From NCBI GenBank assembly GCA_013239625.1, contig MU053652.1, positions 992,001 through 1,056,000 on the forward strand: DNA of 64,000 bases. The letters run 5' to 3'. The notes under the pieces were generated by a model that did no database searches, had not been told where the DNA came from, and worked only from the letters and a program-made list of their open reading frames with translations. The position numbers and the translations under genes are program-made. Shown here one piece after another: positions 1 through 12,665 of this stretch. Within the stretch, counting starts at the first letter, position 1. Every line of letters begins with the position of its first letter. This DNA comes from Lama guanicoe. Its lineage: Eukaryota.

Positions 1-2019
1 AGTTTCCAAAAAAAAAAAAAACATGAATTTTAAATGACACAAAGACTATAAAAAAAAGACAAATTTTCACATTAATTCCCATTTATAGGCATCTGTTAAG
101 CGCAAGAATGCAGGTAATGCCAAGGGCAAATAACACCTGTGCCCTGCCCTGAAGAAGCTGAATCATCCAATCACATCCCATCTACAACAGAACAGCTTCT
201 GTAACTCACATTCCAAGGGCAGACAGGTCAGAGCCATAGTCCTCACCTCTATTCAGTCCCAATAAATATCACCAGTAACAGTGGCTACCCATGGAAGTGA
301 GTCTCCAAGTGGGCTGTAAAGAAGGGCAGCAGGAACGAGACTACACCTTTAAGAAAGCTTCCTCCAAATGGGATACAAGTGTGTGCAAGTCTGAACGTAC
401 GCCCTCACCCCCACAGGGATATATCCCCATCTTCCTCCCACCACTTCTTTTGAAATCAAAGTGCCAGATATGCATGTATTTTTAAGCTAATAAAAAAACA
501 AACATGTTCTTTCAGAAAACTTTGAAAAGCAAACTTGACATTAAAGGGCAAAATTATCCTTTAAGGTATTATTTTTACTGAATGTTAATAACATTCTGAA
601 GGCCGAGGACAGTGGTTCACATAACTATCACCAGTCATTAACTTCTCCCTTTTCACTTCTTACAGGGAAGGGGGGAATCATTCAAGTCTCATCTGTTACC
701 TGCTTGGCACTTCACTCAGTGCTGAGGATCCGAGTATGACTAAGATATGAGTAAAACCAAAACTTCGTGCATTTCCAAGTGTTGGAATCACTCACAGATA
801 AACATGAAATCTCAACTGAAGTATAAGATATAAAAGTAACAGAAATACCATTTACAAGGAATTGAACTGACATACTTAGTTCCAGTAACTCTTCCTCCAG
901 TACAAAGCTGTAATGTCCTCTGTGCCTAAGCTATCTTGAGAGCCTCCAACCCACTGATTTGCTGTAACAGTCTGTCTAATGATAAAATCAATTCGATCAC
1001 AAATGTATCCATTCATCTCTTATCTCTTTACTACTGTTGTCTTCTCACTTTTTTCTCCTCGGTATATTCTCTTTCACCTGCATTTTCCTCACAACTGGAA
1101 AACTAGCTCTACACACTTCCCTAGTCCTTAGATACACGTGCCCAAAGAGACAGAGGAGAATCCTGATGTCTACGATGCTGTTACTGAGTAATTAAGAAGT
1201 TCATTTCAATTGTAAATGATAGCAAAACTGATTTGATAAATGTCATAAGTATTTCCATAATGAAAGTGTAGTAGTTACTTCTAAGGCATTGATAAATGAA
1301 GGTGTCGACCAGCTGGAAATTCAGGTATATAGCTGGAATACTCCCTGCCAAGGCTATAAATGAGGCAATACAGTTGGTACTTTTGCGTGTGCACAGTGAT
1401 ATGTATATGTGAGATAATACACACTTCTGTAAAACATATGTACATATTCTCTTTAGATTAAAACCTACAATTATTTTCTCAGTTTTAACCTAAAATATAT
1501 TTCAGTTAAATAAAGGGTGATAAATGGCTTGCCATTTTAACTTTGAAAAACATAACCTGCTGACTATATTATCAAAGCCAGAAGGGTCCTCAAACTCCAT
1601 CAATAAACTCTTAGAAAGTCAATTTACTGCAAAACTATTTTCATAGACTCATCTTCACTTTCTAAAATTTTCCCTGGGGCTTCAATTTTCTCCTTGGTGA
1701 ACACTAACCCGAAGGCAAGTAACCTTAGAAATGACTTTTGGTTTTTCTCTTGTTCTTTTATGGAAGAATTTAGTCTTAAAAGTTCCAGAGACAGGAGGCA
1801 CGCTCATTTAGTTACTACAGACACGAAGCCAACAGAAAGGTAGGTGCTATTACAGAATATCGCATGCCTCCGTTTCCATTTCAGAAGACAGAAAGCCTGT
1901 TCTTGTGATACATCAGAAATAAAGTTGAGAAGTACTAATTAATACCCTCAGAGGGTTTTGAATCTCTCAGAGGAAGTACGTTCAAAAACAAAAAATAAAA
2001 TCAAAACCAGATTGTTCTT

Positions 2020-2722
2020 AAAAGGCAAGAAATAGTAAGTGTTGAAGAAAATGTGGAAAAAAGGGAACCCGCATACACTGTTAGGAGGAATGTAAACTGG
2101 TGCAGCCACTACCGAAAACACCAGAGGTTCCTCAAAAAATTAAAAATGCAATTACCATATGATCCAGCTAGTCTAGTTCTGGGTATTTACCTGAAGAATA
2201 CAAAAACAATACTTCAAAAAGATATGCACCCTATGCTCATACCAGCATTATACACAACAGCCAACGTATGGGAACTGCCTCAGTGCCCACTGATGGATAG
2301 ATGGATAAAGAAGATGGGGGGAGCGCACATAATGGAATACTACTCAGCCATCAAAAGCTGAAATTGTCCTCATTTGCAACAATGTGTACAGATCTTGAGG
2401 GTATTAGGGTAAGTGAAATGAGTAAAACAAAAAAAGGCAAATAACTATGATTTCACTCATATGTGGAATATAAAAACCAAACACAAAATAAATGAACAAA
2501 CCAGAACAAGTTAGAGATACAGATAACAGAGTAGTGGTTACCAGAGGGAAGAGGGGTGGGGGAGGGCAAAACAGGTAAAGTGGGTCAACTGAATGGTGAA
2601 TGGATGAAAACTAAATTTTTGGTGGTGAGCACACTGTAGCATATGCTGAAGTCAAAATATAATGCTGTACACATGAAACTTATATAATGCTATAAAGCCA
2701 TGTTACCTCAATAAAAAAATTA
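2020..2722 (+). mobile_element. 5'-truncated L1 (L1MA-type): ORF2 C-terminus plus 3' UTR
   Basis: ORF 2053-2361 resembles the L1 ORF2 tail (LKKLKMQLPYDP...IMEYYSAIK), followed by an L1 3' UTR ending in AATAAAAAAA. Confidence 0.9.
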
Positions 2723-4183
2723 AACTGTCTTTTCAAGTTTCTAATATGAATCCTCTGAAATGCTTCACTTTGAAAGAAATATTGATAGAAATCATTTTTC
2801 TTTCTAAATACCTATGATTACAAATTTTTATTTTAAATCCATTCAGAATCATCCATAGCTGAGTTTAAAAAAAAAACAGTTGATGCACATAAAATCCTTC
2901 CCAGTATAAGATACCCCCTGCAAAATTAGTAATTATATATTGTGATTGAGTGGTTTGCTATTTAATAACCACATGGTGGCAGACAGGAAAACAATAAAGC
3001 AAATGTAACCATAACAAAAATAACAATCCCTACCGCCATAACCTCTAGGACTTTCTGGCTATTAAACACCCATCCAACAAGTAAGGATCTACTTCTAAAT
3101 GTGTCTGGTTTCAGTACTTCAAGCCATGAAGTTTTCTGGGTTTGTTTTAAAGAAGGCTTAGAAGTGCTAACAGCTTATTAAACATTTGCTTTTTAATTAC
3201 AACTTATTTCTGTTCCTTCACTTAGTAATAAATATGTCCAACTATGTCCAAAATTCACAGCAGCAGTTCATTTGGCTGATTTTATTGTCAAACTAAAATG
3301 TGACAGAAGTGAATTGAACTTTAAGTTGTAAATCCACTAACGAATATATTCACCTCTATAACCCTGACAGCTGGCACAGGACCTATCAGAGAGTAAATGC
3401 TTGTAAAAGTTTGTTAAATTCAACTCAGTTGAGAAGTCTCTGTCAAAGACAATATGCCCTTAGTAAGAAAATTTAAGGGACTAATGAATCAGGAATGTCT
3501 GGCATATTAATTCTCTATAGTTCTGAAATCTGCCTGAACATACAGAAAAAATGAGTGACTCAGAGGGTATAAAAGTCAAAAATAGTCATGGTCTCAAATG
3601 ATAAGCCAAGAGAAAAGATACATAATACAAAATAAAGTGAAGCTAAAATCTAAGCAAAGAGGGGAAAAAAGAAAGAAATGAAAGATAACAAAAAGAAAAC
3701 AGACATACGTAAGAAGAAATTTAAAGACAAAATACTTCGGGAACAAATAATACAATGGGCTTAAGGACACCCTTTACACACCCAGAGAGAAAAATGGTCA
3801 CCAAAACCCATGGGCCTGAAATTGTCTCCTCCATGAGCTGCAGTGTCAAATCAAGTATTAACGCAGGATGCACGCAAAAAGTGAAAGGATTAACTGCTTT
3901 TAAAACAACTTTGTATTGATTTTTATCTGCTTGTAAAAGCTATGTTCTTTTTTGAAAATATAAAGAAAATTAAAATAATCTACTAATACAATTACAGCAT
4001 AATGCCTTCCAGAACATTTAACAGAAAAGAGTCTCCGTCCATCCATCCCTATACACACACACACCACACACGTATGTATACACACAAAAATGTACACATG
4101 CTCTTTTGTTCAACGTTCTTTGGCTCCTCCAAGAAAAGTAGGTTTCTCTATTTACACTGTTAAGTATCGCTTCTGTTTCTCTC

Positions 4184-4532
4184 TGTATTAGTTCTCTAGG
4201 GCTGCAGTAACAAAGTATGACACACTGGGTAGCTTAAACAGAGAAAATTGTTTTCTCATAGTTCTGGAGGCTAGACATCCAAGATCAAGATGTTGGCAGA
4301 GCTGGTTTCTTCTGAGGCCTCTCTCATCAGTTTGGAGATGGCTGTCTTATCACTGTGCCTTCAACATGGTCTTCCCTCCATGAAAGTGTGTACAAACGTC
4401 CTCTTCGCACATGGACACGTCATAGTGAATTCGGGCCTATGCTAATGACCTCATTTTGTCTTATTTACCTGTTGAAAGACCCTATCTCCAAATTTAGTTA
4501 CAATTTAAGGGGACATAACTCAGCCCATAGTA
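4184..4532 (-). mobile_element. MaLR solo LTR (MLT1-type)
   Basis: Begins TGTATTAGTTCTCTAGGGCTGC, contains TTCTGGAGGCTAGACATCCAAGATCAAG, ends CAGCCCATAGTA. 5-bp flanks CTCTC/CTATC are a possible TSD. Confidence 0.85.
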
Positions 4533-4829
4533 CTATCACTTTAGTGCCATTCTGTGCAATACCTAAAACCATTGGATTGAGACTATTCTCCATCTTTCAC
4601 GTCTATTATCTTTCTTGCATGCTTTTTCCTTCTTCACAATGAGGAAAGTTTTCCCTCCATATCACTGATTAAATTCTAACATTTTAAACAAATATTTAAT
4701 TTCCCTACTTTCTGTTTTTTTTCCTTTTCACATATTGTTCCTGTTTTAGTTAGTTCTTTTTACATCTCTCCAGATTCCATCCCTACAGCTTCCCATTAAC
4801 GTTTCATAGAAGCTATATGCTTATAGCTG

Positions 4830-5155
4830 ATCGCTGACACATGACCAAAATGCCAGTCATGTTCAACAATAAGCACATATTTTGGTGGCTGGCTGATCCA
4901 GGCTAGGCAGCTCAGCTGATCTTGGCTCAATTCCATGGGTCTCCCATCCTTCTCCTGGGACCAGGGCCATCATGGCAACAGCAGAGGCATGAAAGGGCAT
5001 GCTCACTGGCACAAGCACACTTCAAGCCCCTCATGTCCCATGCTAACAATCAGCAAAAGCAAGAGCCCAAAATTCAAAGAGAAGGAAATACACTTCTCCC
5101 ACTCAAGTGGTAGAGAAAGGGTGATAATTTTTGAGCAATAATCTAATCTACTGCA
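4830..5155 (-). mobile_element. Old MaLR LTR fragment (MLT1K/L-like)
   Basis: Degenerate MLT1-like motifs (GGCTGGCTGATCCAGGCTAGG, CATGGCAACAGCAGAGG, GAGCAATAATCTAATCTACTGCA). Confidence 0.55.
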
Positions 5156-6364
5156 TCATCTTGCATCTTTTGAGGAATCTCGAGCTTAAATGTCCTAAAT
5201 TTTCCTGTTTCACTGTATAAATTTTTTTTCAAATAAATGCTCTTCTTTGAGACCTCAATGTAATGCTCATTTTCCTTTATGCTTATTCTAAAGCATTATA
5301 AGGGAGTGGGGTTTTTTTGTTTCATATTTGCATGGGAAGAAATCCATTTAGATCTGCTATTTACCACCCGGCACTATGGAAGGTACTTTCTTAGCACTGC
5401 GCCCATCCACCACTTCACTCTCCATTAAGACTCTACTCAGATCCAGTGCCGAAGTTAAGTCTCGGGTATGTAACCCTTAGTACCTGCCAGAAGGTTTCTA
5501 GTGCCAATCTGCAGAAGAGACAGAAACTTCTCTTTCTCTGTCAAGGTCTCTGAAGCATCACATACAAAGTTGGCAATTTTGTTTAAATAGGATAGGACTT
5601 AATGGACTTCATTCCCAGCATGCACTGCTCCCAGTGCTCCTCTCACCCACAGCTCAATGGAAAAGTATGAACACGTGTATTTCAGCACACAGTGCTAAAC
5701 TGCCCTCTGAAACACCTGACAGCTATTTTAAAGGAATGGTGGAAGGACACAGGACATGCTCAGGTATCTGACCCATGTTAATAACACCAATGTTCTACTG
5801 TCTTAAGATCTGGTCTTATTCACTACCAGGTCTACACTAACCTAATGAATTTCCTGAGTCCACCCAGGCCCATAAACAGACTATGCTACAACCAGCCCAG
5901 GGATAAAAGAAAAGTGTTCTCTCTGAACCTCTCCCAAACTATTTCAGAAAGATATTGTCTTAAGCTGAACACAACCCTAAGGAACAAAGGACGTTCTAAC
6001 TTCAGTTTATACATCTGTATTTCTTAATTAGGCTGACTTCACTACCCAATTTAAGGATTTTTTTCTCTTCCTGAGATATACCAGAGTCTCTCTGATCTAG
6101 TCTATTAAAGGCCCACAGCAAACATTTCTTATGTATCTTTACATAAAAGGACCACAAGAAATGTGCAGTGCAGGAATGAACAAACTTTGAATGTCAGCCT
6201 TTCAGACGTGGAGTATTTGCTAACATAAAACCATCTTACATTTTCAGAGACAGCATGTTAAGAAGAGAAGTAAAATAAACTACAACAATATTCTGGACAA
6301 AATAATATTTAGTAGAATTTTACACTGCCATGAGACACTGTAGCAGAGAGCCTCTTTAACCAAC

Positions 6365-6549
6365 CTCATCCTCCCTTTTTCCTTGTTCTGCTGCACAACT
6401 CGGCTAGTGGATTTGATGTACAGGTGCCGGTGCAGCTCATCTATGAGAACTAAGTGCAGATTCATCTTCTTGCTGTGAAGTTCCAACCTAAGGTCACTCA
6501 GTCCTTCCACCTGGAGCAGAGGCCCCTCCAAAGACTCGACTGCTGACAC
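6365..6549 (-). CDS. EXOC4: EXOC4 coding exon 4 (185 nt); gene continues beyond window start
   Basis: [61 protein letters not shown]. Polypyrimidine tract + CAG acceptor; donor AG|GTTGGT. The 3' boundary is less certain because the donor is non-consensus. No exon 5 seen in 1-6364. Confidence 0.93.
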
Positions 6550-7483
6550 CTGAGAAGGGAGGGAAACACAATTAAGACAACTAAATAATCTCGCAATATT
6601 ACAAATATGAAAGACCATCTTTTAAAAGATACTCTTGAAAGAGTTTGAGAACCTTATCAGCATACATCAGACACTGTCGAGTATAACGCAGATGGACCCA
6701 GTTCAGCTCTGGAAGGGTTGATCTTGATCAAGATAAACATGAAGGTACCTACAGCACCTCAAGCAAAGCTGTATCTACTGTTTACTCCCACTCACACAGC
6801 CTATCAACAGACACAAGTAAAATGATCCCCAAATAAATGATTGTAATATTCATATGCTCACAAGAAGTCCCCGTACTAATGATTTAAACTTTCAGTCACA
6901 TTTAGCCTTTTAAGACTAAGACTAAATAAAAACACAGTATGTAAATTTTTTAATAATTCTCATGGTGATCAAGAGTCAGAGCTTGATCAACCTTTGTCTA
7001 CACGGGTGTCTGCACCGTCTCTCTTGCTCTCTCATGCTCACATACACACGGAGGTAAATACATTTTTACACGAATGCTACAAGCAGACAGTAGCAGTCAT
7101 CACCTCTCCTTGGACTGATCCAGTTTGATAGATGAAATGGGTCTTGAATGGTGAACAGAAGATAAAGTATGGGGAGGGAGACTCTCTTGGGAGATTAAGA
7201 CAAAAAGGACTGGATGAATAAAAATGGTGTAGGAATGAATGCCTACAACAGAGGGAGAAGATGAGGGACTCAGGGAACCTGGAATAACTCACTTTGAACC
7301 AAAGTGATGACTGCGAAGGGAAAAAAGAGATAGTATGTATTATATAATCCCATTTATCCACGCATATAGAATTCTGTCTTTCTATATGTAAAGACCCTAC
7401 ATATTTTTTACAGAGAAAAACAAAGTGAAGGGTATACTCTAGGTACTATTCCTTGGGAGAAAAAAGGAAGAAGTGCAAAGACT

Positions 7484-7568
7484 GTACTACTAATACTAAT
7501 AATAGCAATAGCAGTAGAAGCAGTAGCAGCAGTAATAGTAATAGTAGTAGTGACAACAACAGTAATGA
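7484..7568. repeat. Degenerate trinucleotide repeat (AAT/AGC/AGT/AAC)
   Basis: Directly visible run of mixed triplets. Confidence 0.85.
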
Positions 7569-10500
7569 CGGAGAAGAGACGACTATCAGCTGAACTCAGG
7601 GGAAAGAGCCCCACCCAGCTCCGTGAAGGGATTCATGTGCTGTGACTATTCCCGCATTGGTCATACATCTAAATACTCCTCATCTGTACAGATAAAGGCA
7701 ATAATGACACTACTTTAGAGTAAATGTAATTAGAGACCAAAAAAATGCTCATAAAAAACAAAGCACTTCTACAAAAGCAACAGGAGAAAAAGATAGTAAA
7801 AGCCATGAAAAGTATCAGTGATCAAAAATGCTGATCACAGATCTCCCCCGGCACAGGCAGTCACTCACAGTGTGCAGACAGCGAATACAGCAAGCTTTGC
7901 AGCTGCCAAATACAAGCCAGCCTGAGATCGGGAGGGCAATGCAGTGGCTTAGCCACAAACACATCACTTGTTTTGTGATGTGCTATAACCAAATGTCAGT
8001 AGCAAATAAGTTTCCTTAAGTTACCCAAGAAAGCATCTAGGAATGAAAGAGTGACAAGCCCTGGGCCAGCGCTGCCCTCTGAAGCCTGCCGGTTCATTTT
8101 CACACTGGTTTGCAACTGCCCCTGCTCTCAGAGCCCCTGGGCCTGGTGCAAGCTGCGGGCAATTCCAAATGGAAAGGCAGCCTCGCCAAATGACCAAAGT
8201 GTCCCCAAGGAGGAAAAACAACAACAAATTCATTTACACTTATGCTCTAAAATGGATTTTAACTTGGGTCTCTAGCAGAGAAAAGAGGATGCATTAACCT
8301 TTAGTGACATCAAGATCCAGAAAATGAAAAATAATTTGGTAAACCACTGGCCCATCATGTAGCCTTATCCCTCAAGGTAATTAAATCCAGCTGAGATACT
8401 TAAGCTTAAAAACCACCCACTGCACATCCACTCTCTGTTCATAGGAATTTGCATGGAGATTTTTAACCCAAACAGCTCACATTCCAAGTATAAAACTCTA
8501 CGACAATGTTTGCTTTCAAAGCTGCTAAAATTTTTCTTAAATATAGCTAAAGCAGTTAGCACAGTGCCTGGTACATACTAGGTGCACACTCAAATTATTT
8601 TTAACAGAACCTACTTATTAGATGGATAGAGAATCCTTAGAGGCTGTTTCCAACAGGTTTTGATGCGGGATTTTCAGTAAAGTACTGCTTCCATCACAGA
8701 ATCATTATTAACCACTTAGATGACCATGATTTCTGAATACTTGTCTTGATCCAAAATACAAGTACAATTACCATATTTACAATCAAGAGTTGTCTTAGAA
8801 CTTCAAGGATTTGAAACCTTACCACAAATAGGATAGAGAATAGTCTCTTATTTCAGTTTGAAAATACAGGGCTTTATTTCTTGGCTTTCACAAATTAGAA
8901 GTCTACTTATAAAGATCGAATTATGGGAACTAAGCAAGGTCATTGTCCTCCCTTACTCTACTAAGTGGTACTCAAACCAATTTGAAGAAAATAGTTGTCA
9001 TGCTGTATTTGACCTCCAGAGCATCAGTTTAGAAACCTGATAACTTACCTTATGTGGTTTAAGTAGCTTATACCATAAAGCTTACCCAGAAAGAAAACTT
9101 GGTAAGGCAGCAGTCAACCCAACCACCACTGATTAATTCTGTTGTATTGGAGGGTATGGTTTCTAGGCATTTCGTGATATTTAACCTTTACTAGAAATCA
9201 GTAAATATCCATTTACATTTAGAAATGTTCATAATTACTGATAAAAATGCAACTGAAGGGTTTGTTTTTAATGTATGGGAAGTGGTCATTTAATAAATTA
9301 TGTTACTGTTTTCCAAATTTAATGACTACAGAGCACTTTTTAAATAACAATGATGAAACATCAACAGGAATTCAAGAGATGCAGCTGGATTAAAGTAGAC
9401 AGCAACAGGTTGGTTCTTCGAGAAATAATACAACAAATGTGATATACAACACTGGAAAATGTCACAAATATATATTAAACTTACAGTACAAGACATAGGA
9501 GATGAAAGATCAGACAACACACAATGAAATAGTTCACTGGTAAATGCTGTCTACAGATCTACTCCCAGATCTAATACCATGAATTCATGTGCCAAATCAC
9601 CTCTACTATGACCTCCTAGAATTCTCAGGTATCCCACATCATCTCTTAAAGGTAGACTGCTGCATAATGAGCCAACTGGATGTATCTGGAAGTTTTCTTA
9701 CACGTATTTTCAAAAATAAATGGGTGGGGGGGCGTGGGGAATAGGTACCACCAATAGTGATTTTTTTTTTCACAGAACACCTATTATTAATTTAACAGAA
9801 CGTTAATGTTCTCACCAGAGTTAGAAACGGCTCATATAGGTAAGAAAAATCTGTTTTGGCATTGAAAACAATTATTTCTTTTAGGATTATGAAAATAAGC
9901 AAACATCCACAAAATGTTTTAACACATGATAGTGAACATATATTTCACTATTAGAAACCTACCCATTTTAAAAAAACAAAAGTTCTGAAAAATATTTCCA
10001 AACCCAAAAAATTAGGTTAAAGGTACAGTTAAAATGTACATAATCAAGAATTGTCTGGTATTTCAAAAAATTTTGCCTTCAGTTGAGATGAGTCTACAAC
10101 AAAGGAAATCTTTCTCATTAGCAACTACAGTGCCCTTAAATTTTCTTTCCCAAATTTCTATTTCTCATCTGCATTTTAGTTTAAATGAGGAAATAATTAT
10201 TTCATAGTTAACTGTCTTCTGCCAGTCTTACTCAAGCTGATAAGATAAAAAGATGTAGTCTTGTGCTTTAATATGCACCAATGGAAATGTTTTAGAGGAA
10301 CACCAAAGTTAGCCATTCTCAACAACTGATTCATTGAAGAAATGCTGGGAAAGAAACTACTGACTTTTATCTTTTTTTTTTTTTAAATACTGAGGGAGGT
10401 GGCATACACGAAGATAAATGAAAACAGTAACTGTCTCTAAACAGAACTAAGGTTTAAGCCAAAAAAAGAAGAAAAACTTAAGTATAAAAAAAAACCCAAC

Positions 10501-11034
10501 CCCAAAACTAAATCATCTGCTAGCTAATAAAAATGCTTATGTTGGCAACAACATTCCCTAAAGAAAGCAAACGTATTGCCAGTATTGAGTCCAAAACAAA
10601 TACTTCCAGACTCTGATAATTACTTGGTTCCAAAATGTTCTATCACTTTTAATAGCTCAGTAGGTCTCCCTTAAGGAAGTATTTTTTTTTAGTAAGACAA
10701 CGTAACTTTTCTGAAAATGCTACTTTGGCCCAATTTACAGATGCAGTAGAAAGATACGCAATTAGGTTACTTCAGAGAACTGATACCTTCTCTTCCCATA
10801 TACATATAACAAGACACAAATTTTTTGAACAGTCTCAACTAAGAATCTCTGGGTATGAACAACAAAAGAAACATGCCTCGTAACCCAAGATTTACTTATT
10901 ACCCAGGTCACCAGGCCCCTAAACCATGGGAAGACAAACTCTGATGTCCTCTGGCTCTACTCCTCAGATATCCCTCCACCTATGATTCTCCACATTTAGG
11001 CAGATACAGGAAAATGGGTCGTGAAGTATGGCCA

Positions 11035-11631
11035 TGTCCCAGGTCCCAGGCAAGACCCTGGGATGCGTCCCATCAAGTGAGGGTCCTTGGCTTCACACAG
11101 GAAAGAATTCAAGAGTGAGCCACAGTTGAATAAAAGTAGATTTATTCAGAGAGACGCACACTCCAAAGACCAAGTGTAGGCCATTTCAGAAGGCCAGAGA
11201 GGCCATGAGGCGTGGGGGTGGATGTCTAGTTTACAGTAAAATTAGATACACACTCATGGTCCATCTCAGAAGGCAGAGAGACCACAAGGTGTAGAGGTTC
11301 CTAATTTTTATGAGCTCAGTTATTTCATATGCTAACAAGTAGGAGGATTATTCCAACTACTTTGGGAAGGGGCAGGAATTTCCAGGAATTGGGCCACCGC
11401 CCACTTTTTGACCTTTTATGGTTGGCCTGGGAACTGTCATGGAAACTGTAGGAGTGCCATTTACCATGCTAATTGTATTACAATGAGCATATAATGAAGC
11501 TCAAGGTCTACTGGAAGTCAACTCTCCCGCCATCTTGGGCCTGAAGGCCTACTGGGAGTTGAATTTCCCACTATCTTGGTGCTGCTGTCATTCCCTTAAT
11601 GGCTGTACCCTGCCCCTTACTTTCTGTTTCA
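11035..11631 (-). mobile_element. ERV1 solo LTR, MER41-like
   Basis: Blocks GGGTCCTTGGCTTCACACAGGAAAGAATTCAAGAGTGAGCC, GGAACTGTCATGG, ATGCTAATTGTATTACAATGAGCATATAATGA and CGCCATCTTGG resemble antisense MER41. Minus-strand AATAAA at 11141-11146. Internal imperfect tandem duplication at about 11137-11300. TSD not resolved, so ends are approximate. Confidence 0.75.
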
Positions 11632-11864
11632 AGGAGTCCCAGATGGGCCTAAGAAGTCTTGCTCTGAATGCAATATCATTCATACCCATCTCAACACATG
11701 CAGGGAAGATGATTATCACCAAGAATCCCAAGTCACTCACCTACCAAACATTTCCATTTAGCTATTACATATTTCCCAAAGCAGAGGTTTTATTTTTTAA
11801 TCAGACAGAAACTGGTAAAATAAACCAAATGCAGATAAAAAAAGAATTTCATGTATAAGTTTGA

Positions 11865-11940
11865 AATCTGAACCATATGAAACTGTTTTCATTTGTCAGA
11901 AATGATCGAAATACTGGCTGTTTCATATGGTTCAATCTAG
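11865..11940. mobile_element. MADE2-like mariner MITE
   Basis: Perfect 15-bp inverted repeat TGAACCATATGAAAC (11869-11883) / GTTTCATATGGTTCA (11920-11934). Confidence 0.75.
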
Positions 11941-12665
11941 CAGGTTTTAGGAGCAGGTCTGAAAGGTTTGATGCATCTAGGACATCACAGTGCTGTTTGC
12001 ACAATGTCATGCCTTTATAGAGCCCTATGTATTAACTGCAAAGAAAAACTAGCAACAATTTTCCTTGCAGAATATAGTATCAAATTATAAGTAGGCGATA
12101 TCAAACCACTAGCATGTGACTTCAAAGGATTTTGTTCACAAAAATCCCAACTGTTAAAAATAAACTTGATAATATAAGTTATAAACTTTCTTAGGTATAA
12201 ACATCATCTGCTCACCTGTGTTTATAGCATGACATCAGCCACCAATCACATGGGATCTAGCAAGTAGAAGATGGCTTAGACTGCTCTACACGCAAAAGTG
12301 GTTGGTCAGTGGGGAGAAAAAGAGTATGGGGCACACAAGGGAGAATAAAGGGAATCTGTTCAAGGCTCAGGACTATCGTGGAGGTTTGGGGGAGTCTTAG
12401 GGGATCTAGAGGAAAAACAGTCCCTGATCCCAGCTTCTCTGGAGAAGACAGAGATTTCCAGCTCCCTAAGGTTCAGCCTCACCTCTGACCCAAGGCCTCA
12501 GGCTACTGACCGTTTGGTACATGAGGCAAACTTCCCAAGAAAGCTGCATCCCAGGGCAAGGCCGAGTGCCTAAAGCAAAAACGCTCCCCCACCCCCACCC
12601 CCACCCCCTCTGCTTGTGGCCAATTCACGGTGATCAAATCAGGCCATCGAAAAAGGCCCATTCTT

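Noticed and set aside
7408..7614. Thr/Ala/Ile-rich membrane-like ORF
   Set aside because: It is the translation of a degenerate trinucleotide repeat.
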